A stretch of DNA of 64,000 nt. Source: Tetramitus jugosus (lineage: Eukaryota; Protista; Heterolobosea). The first letter of the stretch is position 1; each line of letters begins with the position of its first letter. Shown piece after piece: positions 31,539 to 43,483 of this stretch. Where the stretch lies: positions 475,434 through 539,433 of the forward strand of contig OW569358.1 of assembly GCA_937625935.1 (NCBI GenBank), in the 5' to 3' direction. A model generated the notes under the pieces. That model was not told the origin of the DNA. It ran no database searches and worked only from the letters and a program-made list of their open reading frames with translations. The translations under genes and the position numbers were made by a program.

Positions 31539-33011
31539 ATGGGCGTTCCATCATTCTACCGATTCCTATTCGACACTTTTGGTGAAGGAATCATGTATCA
31601 CGTACAAGATGGCAAGCACAGCACCAATGATGATGCTGAAAATCGTCCTTCTCGATCATCCTCTCGTCATCGTAAAGCCGTTCTCAAACACCCTAAAATG
31701 GACCCCAAGCAACAACATTTTGACAACTTGTACTTGGACATGAACGGCATTATTCATCCATGTTGTCACCCAGAATCAGGAACACTACCAAAAGACGAAG
31801 ATGAAATGTTGTCTCGTGTGTTATCCTATGTCGATCGTATTGTTGATGTCATTCGACCAAAGTCTCTGTTGTATTTGAGTGTGGATGGAGTGGCTCCTCG
31901 TGCCAAATTGAATCAACAACGTGCGCGTAGATTTACATCTGGAATGGAAAGTACGATCAAGCAGCAATTGGAACAGAAACAGTTGGATTTGTTTGATGAT
32001 TTGCTAAAAAAGTTTTTTGATCAACAACAACTGAAGATCATGAGTAATGATGAAAATGAGAGTAATGATAATGATGATGATGATGATGAGAGTGAACAAA
32101 ATGCGGATCGATTGACCAATTATTTTGCATCATTCCGCAAATCAGCATCATGGGATCACAATGTCATCACACCAGGAACACCATTTATGCAAAAAGTGAC
32201 CATGGCACTTCATTTCTATGCAGTGTACAAGATTAATACGGACGCGGAGAGATTTGGTCACTTGAGAATCATTGTGGATGATGCATCGGTGCCCGGTGAA
32301 GGAGAACACAAGATTATTCAATATATTCGAAGTCAGAGACAAGATCCAGCGTGTGACGGAAACATTACACATGTGATTCATGGATTGGACGCTGATTTGG
32401 TGATGCTTTCACTGCTGTTGCACGAACCAAAGTTTTACATTTTGAGAGAAGATGTGTTTGATGAGAGTACAACTGCGCTCAATCATCCCATGTATCTGTT
32501 TGATGTAGGCAAGCTCAGAAAGTGCATTATTGCACTCTTTTCAAACTTATTGCCAGTCAATGATCGATTCACGTTTGATTTCGAGAGATTGATTGATGAT
32601 TTTGTCTTCTTGTGCTTGTTTGTCGGTAATGATTTTGTGCCTCATGTGCCCGGTTTGTCCATCAAGGAGAATGGTTTGCCATTCTTGCTCTCCCATTACA
32701 TTACGAGACACTGGGAACCGTGGATGGCCAAACAAAAGACCAACAACACGAACAAGAAGGAAAAGATTAGCACGGATAGTGGCTATTTCACAAGCAAGGG
32801 TGAATTGAACCTTGATAGCATTATTCCATTCTTGGCCAACATTTCCAACACTGTGGACGGTCATTGGTTCAACACCATCAGGGAATATACAAGAAAGGTG
32901 AAGCAAAACGATGCCGTACAAGAATCAAAATCCGCCGCATCATCAAACGATGAGAATGCAGCACAAGAAGATGAAGAAGATGAAGAAGCCGAGGAAGACA
33001 ATGAAGAAAGT

Positions 33012-33044
<33 letters not shown>

Positions 33045-34610
33045 AGTAATGAAGAAGAGAAGTCCCAAGTCTCGTCTCTCGTCACTGATGAGCCCCTCAC
33101 TCTTGTACATGCAAAGAAGAGACAATTCTTCTCCGAGTTGGCCTGGAAGGCATCCATGGATGCTGCGCCCGACCAAACAGTCAAAGAGTTCTACGACAAT
33201 CAATTGGGAAAGAATCTACAAAATCTGATCAGTAAGACCATTACTCATCTCGAATTTTCCTCAAATGTACTGAACCGATCTGGTCGAGAATGGAGAAACG
33301 AATACTATTCGATCAAGTTCAACGTGCCTGAATCAGAAGTACCAAAGCTCAGACAACAACTCGTTTCTGACTATATTCAAGCAATGGCATGGGTGTGGAG
33401 TTACTACACAACAGGTATCAAGTCCTGGGTTTGGTTCTTCCCTCATCATCATGCTCCACTATTGTCTGAATTCAAGAATTCATCGTTTGACTTTACATTG
33501 AAACCATTCAAACTGGGTGCTCCAGTGAGACCATTTGTGCAATTGATGGCTGTCATGCCAAAGACAAGTTTGCACTGTGTTCCTCCGCATCTACAAAAAT
33601 TGGTGGCCCAAGCGAATAATCCACTCGAAGTGTTTTATCCAGAATCATTCCAACGTGACTCAGATTGCATGGATGTCAATTGGAAGATGGTTCCTCTGCT
33701 TCCATTCATGGATATTGAACTTTTGAAGTCGGTTGTGAAACCTCTTGTTGCCCCTAGCAAGTTGAGTCCGGAAGAACAGAGAAGAAATTCATTTGGTCAT
33801 GCCATCATGTACTTCCACAAGAACAATACGACGCTCACGGACCATTACCAATCTCTCAAGAATCACATTAGCAACCATTCCTTCTCTGTGACGTTGCATC
33901 CTGAACACTTGATTCGCTTAGATTCAAGTTCAAGCGCAACAATCTCTGGTTACATCTATCCTATTGCAACTGGAAAGCATATCCTCTCATCGATACTGCC
34001 AGCTATTGAACAGCCATTTGAGAAACCAGCCAAGTTTAACTCTGAATACTTCAAGTCAATAACGACCAATCATGTCCACTCGGCCGTGTTCTATGCTCCA
34101 GCTTTCGAACTCAAGAATTTTTATTTACATTCTAACCTGGACTCGAAGGAGATGCACGACGTGTCAGGCATGGAACAACAATACAGTTTCGACCACCCAC
34201 AACTAGGCCATTGGGCAGCCATTAAACATTCGGACAGTTGTGCAAATCGAGCCCGAAAGGCAAGATCAGGACAGACCTCCAACTTTTCCAATGGCAGCAG
34301 GAGGAGTGAAACACAGGATAGTCGAGGTGGATACAATCAATACCACAGCCGAGGATATGAATACAACAGTGGATATAGTAACTACAATAGTTACAACAAT
34401 AACTACTCTGACAGATACAACAATGGCGGCTACAACAATTACAATAATGGATATGGTGGTGGCTACAATGACTATGGTGGTAGCTATGGTTACAATAATT
34501 ATGGTTATGAAAGTGGTCGAGGTGGCTACAATTCCAGTTCTAGATATCAAAGCCAGAAAAGAAAAGCAGAAACCAGCCGAGAGCCTGTGAAGAAGCAAAG
34601 AATTGAATAA
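31539..34610 (+). CDS. XRN2: 5'-3' exoribonuclease XRN2/Rat1-type
   Basis: MGVPSFYR, FDNLYLDMNGIIHPCCHP, DGVAPRAKLNQQRARRF, PGEGEHKI, GLDADL, GNDFVPH. About 1000 aa, lacking the XRN1 extra domains; C-terminal bipartite NLS-like KRK...KKQR. Confidence 0.9.
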
Positions 34611-34628
34611 ATATGAAGTATAATAATA

Positions 34629-37600
34629 TTAATTTTCATTAAGGTTTCGCGAATAATTCTGACTCACTCCCTGCACCAGTTGCTGCATTCCTAATATTTT
34701 CATTGGCTTAAACTGTGAGGGAAGTTTGTGAGATATAGCATTGCCGTGCTTCCTCAAGTTGCCCCGAGTTCTGTCCAAGGAACTGTGATTAGGAAACACA
34801 TGAAGAGGAAGTTGATGTTTAAACTTGAGACGCTCTGGTGATGCACCATGAGCCAACTCGATTACAACCTCTATTAATAGGTGGTAAGTCTTGAATGTTT
34901 CCTTGATTGGGTGTTGAATGTTGTTTTGAATAGGCATGTCGGTCATATCCTCTGTTTCACTTATTTCTACGAAGTCTGGTGCTGCGAAGGGTATTGTGAT
35001 GAGAATAGTTCCTCTCTCTTCTTCGCAGACAATCTGAAGTTTTTTAGTCAACAATCCCAACTCTTTGTTCATCTGCTGCTGGGAGATGGACTTCCCCTGC
35101 ACCTGTACATCTACGGACAGGATTGTTTCAAAAAATTCGATGGTTGGGAGAGAGTTCGTGATATGCATCTCAGCAGAGCAAACTTCCTCCGAAGCAACAC
35201 AAAATCCATTCTCATAAAAGATCAATCCTTCTCCCAGAGCATCTTTGCAGAATAATTCTATGAAGAGCTGATCTTTCGTGGTAGAGTGCGAGAGACATTG
35301 ACGCACATTTTCATTAAAATGTCTCACAGATGGTAGAGATTTCAGCAAGAGTGGATCCATAGCCACATAGTGCAGCAACAACTCTTGTATCCTTTCTCTC
35401 TCGAATGATTGAGTGTTAATACCAGATTGAAGAGAGTACAGAGCAGTTGATAATCGAATTCGCTGTTGAACTCCATCATTGATACTCATATGACTCTTGG
35501 AAAGCAGATGTTGCAACCCACTATTTCCATTATTCACTATAGTGGAATTCAACGCTTCTCTGACCTTGTATTCGCCGAATGAGTTTTCTATCTCATCAAT
35601 TGTCTCATCATTCTTCTCTGCTTTCAACTTATCGAAAAAACCGTTCAAATACCCCATAATTTGGTCTGTAATTAATTTTTCATAACTTTGAAGAACATGG
35701 GACTTCATTGAAGAAGAAACATTCTTCTCTTCTAGATTCTCTAATTGATTGCCATTCTCTTCGTAGGTATTCCCCATATTCGCTCTTGTGTTCCTCCGAA
35801 CAGGATCTGGAGTCTTCAACATACTCGAGGTCAAAAATTTTCCTTCTTCTTCCGAGTCGACGATATTGTTATCATTATTATTCATATTATGTATTTCTAG
35901 TCGATCGGATCTTCCTAAGTTGTCAGTGTTTCGTTGAATCTGAGTGTTTGGATAAGCTATATCTCTCGGTTGTTCTACGCCCTCTGAATTGTTCTCCTCC
36001 GATTCATAGCTGAATCTTCTAATAGCTTCGTACTGCTGCTCAAAAGGAAAACTTGCGCTCTCACTTGGAAATTGTAAGGCATACGCAATGTCAGGATTAA
36101 ATAAATGTCCAGGCCCTCTTCTCCATACATGTAAAGAAACTTTATGTTCTCCCTCATCCAAACCACCAGCGTTGCCTAATTCATGCGACTCAATGTGTGG
36201 AAGATTTTGAATTGATATCCGTCTGATCAATTCGGCACTTGGGCAGTCCTCAACAAACATGTTCGTACAAGTAAATTTTAACTCGAGATTTTCTTCATTC
36301 GGGATTAAAAGATCCCTCAACTCGCATACCCCTTGGGCCATTGGCTTCCAACTCCCTCTGTTTTGATCAAAGTGCATCAAGATAACATCTTGTTGATGAC
36401 ACTTAATTCTACCATTCTCCTCCTCACATGTTACAGTCACACCATCAATCAAGTTGTTGCTACTTCCTCTATTTCTCTCCACTCCTCGAGTAACCTGTCT
36501 GTTACCGCCCGAAGAATAGTTGATATCTGATTGTTCCACTGACGCTCTGTTTCTGTTGGAACTGAAATGACTATAATTCAATAACTGAGATCTATCAGAG
36601 CGATTTGATCTCTTAGAATTAGCGATTGCACTAGGATGAAAAGCAACATATTGTTGCAGTCTGCTCTTGTAGGAAACACCTGTGGCTTTTGAGGACAGAT
36701 TCGGAAACAATCTGCCACCTGTATCAGCTGCAAACCGCTTTCTTCCATCACTCATGTTCAAGTGTTCCATGAGAGCTTCAATCTTCGACTCCGGAGTTGT
36801 ATATATCTCGTGAAGCGGGGACTCCCCGAAACGCAACAAAGCAATTCTTCCAAGACAATCTAAAAACTCCCAAAAATCAATGCTGATGTTCTCTCCTGCT
36901 TTAACAATACCAATAATCCCCTGAAGAACATAGTTGCCTTGACAACAACTGTAAAATAGTGACGTTATTATATTCTTTGAGATGATATTCGGGAATATAC
37001 TAAAGTCTTTGGCGAATGAGAAAAACTCATCAATATTTAAAGTATACAATCCCCTTTGGTATGATTGCCAATTTTCTGCTTCCCTTTTGCTCTGCCTACT
37101 CGTACTATAGAATTGAAAGATCTTAAAAAGAACATCTTCAAAATGTGCCCAAGTACCAATGATACTCGAGCTTGATAGGATCGTCGGTGTAGGAGTGAGA
37201 GTGATTCTCTTTGCATTTGGTAGAATATAGCAATCCAATGCTTGATCGACATATCTATGAACTAATGTGTGGTGTTTAACCATTTCTGCTATCGTTTGTA
37301 GAGTAGACGAAACTCCTGATTCCTTACTGTCATGAAGCTTTCTACAAGCCAAAAGACATATTCCATGTATAAATTCATCAATATTCATTCTATGGGTAGG
37401 GGAGTGCTTGGTAGCCTCTGAGAATACAAGGAATACATTGTTCGAGCTCAGTTGCTTCTCATCGATCAACTTTGAATCTTTTACAAATTTGAGAAATCTT
37501 ACTCCTCCTAATTCAAGAGAAGCACTCGTTTCTGTACTCTTGTTCAAAACACTAGTGTAGTACAAGAATATATGAGTCAATGTTTGTTCATACTGAAATA

Positions 37601-39062
37601 TAGACTCATAGTAGCGTAATTGGTCAATGCTGTTCATGATAGTATTCATTATATCGTTGTTACTACTTCCATTAGAATTCAAATGTGCTAAAGATCTATT
37701 CAGTCTAATCGTTCTCGAATAGTATTTCATTCGATCCATGAACAACTTCTCATCTTTTGGTATTTTTTGGGGTGTGTGAAGCATACTTGCCATAAAGCTC
37801 ATCTCCTGTTTCTTTCTCTCTGGTGACGAGTGTTGGGGAGCTCTATTGGATTGTGTGCTCGTTGGAGTAGGAATTAAGCTATATGGTGATGGTGGCTCTG
37901 ATTCGTTCGTAAAGGGCTCAATTAATCTGATCATATTATTCCCAGAATCACTCACTAAGAAACGATCATTCCCTAAAGATAAAATATTATTGGGTGATGA
38001 GAGTGTTGCTTCTTTGCATCGACCGTTATGGTGACCTGAAACAGCCTTCCTACCGCATAATATCACTCCTGTTTGCTTCGTTCCTCTTAGTAGCTTTACA
38101 ATTCTGTGGTTGAGCGTGTCACAAATGATAACCCCATGATCAGAGGAACTACAAATTCCAGTAGGATTGTTGAAGTAACCTTTAGCTACCGTAACAATTT
38201 GATTGTCATTCAAAGATAATTTCCGTAGACAATCATTCCCAGAATCAGCTATGAAGATGACATTCGGGTTCATAGAATCAACGCATAACCCAACGGGAAA
38301 TCTAAACAAAGCCTCTTTCATGGCGTTTCCGTCGATACAACCCTCAATAATTGCGCCGCTACTCAACCCTCCCGCTACAGTAGATACTCTTCCAGATTGT
38401 ACATCAATCTTCCGTATCACATGGTTATTTGTGTCAGAAACATAGACAGCTTTTCGTTCATATTCATCCACTACACATATCACATCTGATGGAGAATCAA
38501 ATTGAGCTTCGGCTAACTTTCCATCTTTGTATCCCTTCTGTCCATTTCCTGCAAAAAATGAGAGCTTTCCATTTGATATATCAAATAACCGTATCCGGTG
38601 ATGTCCACTATCACACACAAGTATCTGATGATTGGTGTACATGCAGACTCCTTTGGGTTGTAACAAACCATTCCTACAAAGAGTCACCACTTTCTTCTCA
38701 TTTAAATTGATTAACTTTAAAGTGGAGTTCACAGTTTCTGACAGAACTACATTTTTGCTCTGGGGCATTTGAGTCATGCCACATATTCCATTAAACTTGC
38801 ACTTTGAGAAAGGACCGTCAGTGTTGCCTGAATATTCAGAGCCACACAAATCAGATATTACGAATGTTGAGCTTGTGGACACGAACTCCTTTGATAGAAG
38901 TGAAGAAGAGCTGAAACCAGGTGATAGCACAGCGGAGGGAGTTCTTCTAGGGATAGGACTTGTCATTCCGTTAAATGAAATGGAAGACATGGAAGAATTT
39001 CTTGATAACCTTAAAGGTGATGGACTTGCACCACGTCTCACGCTCGTGTTCGTGCTCTTCAT
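34629..39062 (-). CDS. NHL-repeat beta-propeller + p25-alpha/EF-hand-like tandem module protein
   Basis: NHL repeats (CDSGHHRIR, AGNGQKGYKDG..AQFDSP, SDTNNHVIRKID, IADSGNDCLR), then helical repeats RFLKFVKDSKLID and EFFSFAKDFSIFP; 1477-aa open frame. Confidence 0.85.
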   Translation of the reverse strand: MKSTNTSVRRGASPSPLRLSRNSSMSSISFNGMTSPIPRRTPSAVLSPGFSSSSLLSKEFVSTSSTFVISDLCGSEYSGNTDGPFSKCKFNGICGMTQMPQSKNVVLSETVNSTLKLINLNEKKVVTLCRNGLLQPKGVCMYTNHQILVCDSGHHRIRLFDISNGKLSFFAGNGQKGYKDGKLAEAQFDSPSDVICVVDEYERKAVYVSDTNNHVIRKIDVQSGRVSTVAGGLSSGAIIEGCIDGNAMKEALFRFPVGLCVDSMNPNVIFIADSGNDCLRKLSLNDNQIVTVAKGYFNNPTGICSSSDHGVIICDTLNHRIVKLLRGTKQTGVILCGRKAVSGHHNGRCKEATLSSPNNILSLGNDRFLVSDSGNNMIRLIEPFTNESEPPSPYSLIPTPTSTQSNRAPQHSSPERKKQEMSFMASMLHTPQKIPKDEKLFMDRMKYYSRTIRLNRSLAHLNSNGSSNNDIMNTIMNSIDQLRYYESIFQYEQTLTHIFLYYTSVLNKSTETSASLELGGVRFLKFVKDSKLIDEKQLSSNNVFLVFSEATKHSPTHRMNIDEFIHGICLLACRKLHDSKESGVSSTLQTIAEMVKHHTLVHRYVDQALDCYILPNAKRITLTPTPTILSSSSIIGTWAHFEDVLFKIFQFYSTSRQSKREAENWQSYQRGLYTLNIDEFFSFAKDFSIFPNIISKNIITSLFYSCCQGNYVLQGIIGIVKAGENISIDFWEFLDCLGRIALLRFGESPLHEIYTTPESKIEALMEHLNMSDGRKRFAADTGGRLFPNLSSKATGVSYKSRLQQYVAFHPSAIANSKRSNRSDRSQLLNYSHFSSNRNRASVEQSDINYSSGGNRQVTRGVERNRGSSNNLIDGVTVTCEEENGRIKCHQQDVILMHFDQNRGSWKPMAQGVCELRDLLIPNEENLELKFTCTNMFVEDCPSAELIRRISIQNLPHIESHELGNAGGLDEGEHKVSLHVWRRGPGHLFNPDIAYALQFPSESASFPFEQQYEAIRRFSYESEENNSEGVEQPRDIAYPNTQIQRNTDNLGRSDRLEIHNMNNNDNNIVDSEEEGKFLTSSMLKTPDPVRRNTRANMGNTYEENGNQLENLEEKNVSSSMKSHVLQSYEKLITDQIMGYLNGFFDKLKAEKNDETIDEIENSFGEYKVREALNSTIVNNGNSGLQHLLSKSHMSINDGVQQRIRLSTALYSLQSGINTQSFERERIQELLLHYVAMDPLLLKSLPSVRHFNENVRQCLSHSTTKDQLFIELFCKDALGEGLIFYENGFCVASEEVCSAEMHITNSLPTIEFFETILSVDVQVQGKSISQQQMNKELGLLTKKLQIVCEEERGTILITIPFAAPDFVEISETEDMTDMPIQNNIQHPIKETFKTYHLLIEVVIELAHGASPERLKFKHQLPLHVFPNHSSLDRTRGNLRKHGNAISHKLPSQFKPMKILGMQQLVQGVSQNYSRNLNEN

Positions 39063-39423
39063 CCTTTCGCTGATTGCAAATTATTTCACAGAGAAAAATG
39101 TAAAAAATGAAACGGTTTTTGGCGCGTCAAAATCCCCCGCAGTCTACCCACTGCGGGAAAGTAGTTGAAGAGGAAAGGCAACGAGCTATAGTATTGAGTT
39201 GAACTTTATAATGTTTCACATGGGTGGGTTGGTAGTTGATGATTGTTGTCAATGACAAGACGACAATCTGATTGCGGTTCTCGTTCGTTGTTGTCATCAA
39301 CATTCTCATTGACTGAGCTTCTTCTTCTTCTTCTTATTCTTGGGGATGGAGATGGGTATGTGTACATGTGTAATATGATGATGATTCATGGACGAAGTTG
39401 GAAAAATAAAAAAAGGACCTAGA

Positions 39424-40213
39424 TTACAAAACTTGACACTTTCCACCAGAGTCTGCCTTCTTCTTCGCTGGTCTACTGAAGAGAACCACTCTAATGCAGT
39501 CATCGAACACAGACTTGACACCTTCTTGGGTCTTTGCACTGCATTCAACATATTTGACAGCCTTAATCGTTTTTCTCAACTCTTCACCATCAATCATTGA
39601 CTTTGGCTTCAATCCCTTTTGTGCCAACTTTTGAATGACTTGTTGATCATTACGCAAATCCATCTTGGTACCAACAAGAATGACTGGCACACCAGCACAG
39701 TGATGGTACACTTCAGGGTGCCACTTGTTGGAAACGTTGGCATATGATGCTGGATTGTCAACAGAGAAACAAATTAAAAAGACTGATGTTCCAGGATAGG
39801 ACAATGGTCTCAATCGGTCATAATCCTCCTGACCTGCCGTATCCCACAATCCCAAATTAATGGTTCTTCCATCGACCATGACATTGGCAGAGTAGTTGTC
39901 AAACACGGTTGGTACGTAATCTTCAGGGAAACTGTTCTTTGCGTAGACCCAGAGCAAACATGTCTTACCGACAGCACCATCTACATTTCATTCATTCATT
40001 CAAAATGAATTGTTCAATGAATGAATTGATCACACAAGGATTTGTTGTCGTTGCCATATGATTTTGTCATATGATTGTTGGTGTTTTTTTTGTTGGTTGG
40101 TTGATGCAAGAGGAGAAGACGTTAGTTGAGCTCAAACAAAAAGTCACACCACAATCACATACATGATACATACCACCAACGATGACGCATTTAATGTGTT
40201 GAGAATTGGCCAT
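39424..40213 (-). CDS. RAC: Rac-family small GTPase, two exons
   Basis: Exon 1 (40174-40213, [13 protein letters not shown]), intron 39981-40173, then [37 protein letters not shown]; CAAX end KCQVL. Confidence 0.96.
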
Positions 40214-40480
40214 TATTTAAATATATTATTTTGTTCTTTTCGCTAGTTTGTTTTTTATGTGTGTTTGCCCCTTGAGTTTCTTGTCCCTTGTTGCTTCAAG
40301 ACATCATCGTGAGTATGGCGGGGGTTGTTCGCTCTCTGTTCCCGATGTGTCGGGATAGAGAATTTAGCTGTCCTGTCGAATCTTGTCTGACATATGATTT
40401 TGGTGCCTAGTTTACAAAATCAAACACAATTTTTTTGGCGGTGAAAATTCGGAGAAAGCAAAACAAAAGTTCTTGATTTG

Positions 40481-43450
40481 ATGATGGCTTCGACACCATT
40501 GACCAATAACAACACAAATGCTCCTTCCTCGAGTGTCTCCACTCAAATTAAATACACGTTTCCCAGTACTCTATTCCAATTGGAGCAATTTGAGGACTAC
40601 AATGAACGTGATTTTTTGGAGAGCTTAACCTATCGAATGCTCAATGAAGCTCAAAAGGGCAACGAGGAAACACAAGCCGAATATTGTAAAGTATTTGAAG
40701 AGATGTTTAGTCGGAGTATTGTTGAACTAGAGCGATTGATGGACACTGTGAACAAGAGAACAAGTGATTTGATTGAAGCAACGGAGCAGCACACTGCGAA
40801 TCATGAGAGTGCCATGAATGAGTTGAATAGTGAGCTAGAGGTGGTAACCGATGTGTTTAAGAACCTTGAGGAGTGCATTGGAAAGGTTGGAAACACAACG
40901 GTTCAAATCGGTAACACACTGGAGAGTGTGGACAGACAAAAGAAGAGAGCAATGGAGGCGAAAAAGTTGATGGAGTATTTTGAAGAGTTTAATCGTTATG
41001 AACCGGAGCAGTATGTCTCTACGATACTTCCAAAGAGAAAAATGAAGCATTCCATGTTTCATAATCGAAACCATCAGCATGCTGCTGCTCGTATCTTGCA
41101 ACAGTTGAATTCGATTGCAAAGGATCTGGACAAAATTAAACACTGCGAAAATGGTGTGATCAATATCGAATACTATAATTCAATTTTGTTGCGCGTGCTA
41201 TCTCGAAATTTGGTGCTTTCCATTGATCAATTGAGTGCGAATAGAAAGTTGGCAATATCGGACATGAAGATGAGAGCCAAGATACTGTTTGATATCAAAG
41301 AAAATCAACGCTGTATAGATTTGTATGTGAATGATAGATTCTATCGATTCCTGCAAATTTCGATTCAGTATGAGAAGGATGAAATATTTGAGCAAATGTA
41401 CTTTCCTGTGACCTCCATTGATAGTGATAGTGATTCCGATTCTGATTCGTTGGACTCTGACGATGATTCTGATTCTGATGACGACAGCAAGGACTCGGAT
41501 AAGTCGAGCGACGATGACAGTGATACTGGTTCGAGTTCAAAGAAGAACAAGAAAAAGGACAAGAAAGCAAAAGAGAAGAAATCAAAGAAGGCTGACGATG
41601 ATAGTGATTCAAATGAAGATGACTCTGAGAATAGTGACTCCCAGGCAACAGCCAAGCACTATAGCAGTTCGGAAGAAGGCTCAGACTCTGAAGGCACAAA
41701 AGACTCTGACAGTGATGGCGATGATGAGTCCGATAAAAGTCAAAAGAAGAAAAAGAAGAGCGGTAAGCATAAGAAGTCTGATTCAAAGGATCAAACAGGA
41801 AAGAAGGACGCAAATCTTGACGAGTCTTCTGACCAAGAAGATGAAAAGACTGGAGACGACGATAACGAGATGGAATCTCTATCTAAAGAGGAGAGAGAGC
41901 GAATTCGATTGGAATCAAATAAGGAAAAAGTTAGTAATGCCGTCTCGCAGATTGTTTCCTCGGTGAAACAGCTCAAGGAGTTTTCGACCCTGTTAACCAA
42001 GATTGAAAAGTTCTGTCGAGATGAGTACACCATTATCGAGCAAGTGTTCGACAGTCAAGCGAAAGAAGTTCTCACGAGGTTATTACAAAAGATAATTGAT
42101 GAAATTGTCAAAGCAGTTGTGGATCATATGTTGTTGGAAGCTGCCAAAGACGAACTGATTCAATATTTGACTACCTTTGAACAGATGTACTCTGACTGTT
42201 TAAAGTTTGTGGACCGTCTCTCAAGGCAGAGTGGAAGCAATGATCTCCCAGTGACCGATGTTCAAGTGATCAACCTGCTTGAGCCAGTTTTCAAGGGTAA
42301 CAAGGATGCTTATGCCCAGTTTGAAATCAAATATCTGGAGACGACGTACAGACAAATCATGCAAGAAGTGAAGGAGGAGGAGAATAGAAAGCTTGAAAAA
42401 CTTGCTGAAAAGAAACAACAAAAGGGTCTTTTCAGTGGTTGGCGTCAAAAGGCTGATTTAGGAGCACTACTCGCTACCTTACAAAATAATCCAGAAAAGA
42501 ATCAAAAGAATGTTCCGGATGAATTCCCTGACTTGAGTCTTCTGTCTGTTGTAGAATTAATCAAGGAGAATGATTGGGCCACGAATAGGTGCAAGAAGTT
42601 GTCAAACAAGAAAGATTTGCCATCTAACATTTATGAGATATTCAAGACCCTTGTGGAGAATGTCGAAGAATATGTTGATCGTGGATTGGACTTTGCTCTG
42701 TCAACTGTTGAGGTACACAATCCAAAGAATCCACCTATGCCATACTTTTACAAGACGTTGCAAATCGCAAACTCCGTGTTGCAGAACCTTCAGCGTCATT
42801 TGGAACAAAATATCATTCCGCTTGTGTCAGTGGATCTCAATATCCAACTCAATTGTCTGAAACGTAAGGACAGTATGTTTAGCAAGCTCGAAATCAAGGT
42901 TGCTCTGGGACTAGAGCTGAACTTGAAGAGTATATTGGATCACGTGAGCTTCCTATTAGAGACTGAGCAGAAGAGAACTGATTATAAGCCAAAGGAGACC
43001 AATTTGCTAAACATTTATGTGGACAATAATCCAACGATAGCGTGTGTGAAGGTGTGCCAATTCCTGGAGAGTCAACTCAATCTCATACAAGAGTCTCTGT
43101 ATGGAAGTAATCGAGAGTTCTTCTTGACTGAACTGGGACTACAGTTGTATCAAGTACTCACCAATTCGCTGAAGGACTATCATATCAGTCACACTGGTGC
43201 CATCAAATTTATGAGAGATCTTGCTGAGTATCAACGTATTGTTCGCAAGTTCGATGTTTCAATTGTGGATGACAAGTTCGACTTATTGAGAGAGGTTGCG
43301 AGCTTGTTCCTTGTGGCACCTCAAAACATCGAGAACGTGATCGAGCAAATGGATAGGAGAAAAATCAGTAGAGACGAGCTGTCAACATTTGTTAAAATGA
43401 GAGCAGACTACAAGACTGAACTAGCAAAGAAGAACCTCTTTGGTGAGTGA
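40481..43450 (+). CDS. SEC10: Exocyst complex component Sec10/EXOC5
   Basis: N-terminal coiled coil (TVQIGNTLES..QKKRA.EA..L..YF.EF); C-terminal EQKRTDYKP, PTIACVKV, GAIKFMRDLAEY, FVKMRADYK. Confidence 0.9.
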   Translation: MMASTPLTNNNTNAPSSSVSTQIKYTFPSTLFQLEQFEDYNERDFLESLTYRMLNEAQKGNEETQAEYCKVFEEMFSRSIVELERLMDTVNKRTSDLIEATEQHTANHESAMNELNSELEVVTDVFKNLEECIGKVGNTTVQIGNTLESVDRQKKRAMEAKKLMEYFEEFNRYEPEQYVSTILPKRKMKHSMFHNRNHQHAAARILQQLNSIAKDLDKIKHCENGVINIEYYNSILLRVLSRNLVLSIDQLSANRKLAISDMKMRAKILFDIKENQRCIDLYVNDRFYRFLQISIQYEKDEIFEQMYFPVTSIDSDSDSDSDSLDSDDDSDSDDDSKDSDKSSDDDSDTGSSSKKNKKKDKKAKEKKSKKADDDSDSNEDDSENSDSQATAKHYSSSEEGSDSEGTKDSDSDGDDESDKSQKKKKKSGKHKKSDSKDQTGKKDANLDESSDQEDEKTGDDDNEMESLSKEERERIRLESNKEKVSNAVSQIVSSVKQLKEFSTLLTKIEKFCRDEYTIIEQVFDSQAKEVLTRLLQKIIDEIVKAVVDHMLLEAAKDELIQYLTTFEQMYSDCLKFVDRLSRQSGSNDLPVTDVQVINLLEPVFKGNKDAYAQFEIKYLETTYRQIMQEVKEEENRKLEKLAEKKQQKGLFSGWRQKADLGALLATLQNNPEKNQKNVPDEFPDLSLLSVVELIKENDWATNRCKKLSNKKDLPSNIYEIFKTLVENVEEYVDRGLDFALSTVEVHNPKNPPMPYFYKTLQIANSVLQNLQRHLEQNIIPLVSVDLNIQLNCLKRKDSMFSKLEIKVALGLELNLKSILDHVSFLLETEQKRTDYKPKETNLLNIYVDNNPTIACVKVCQFLESQLNLIQESLYGSNREFFLTELGLQLYQVLTNSLKDYHISHTGAIKFMRDLAEYQRIVRKFDVSIVDDKFDLLREVASLFLVAPQNIENVIEQMDRRKISRDELSTFVKMRADYKTELAKKNLFGE

Positions 43451-43483
43451 ACTCAATTGTATAATCAGTATAAACATAACCAG

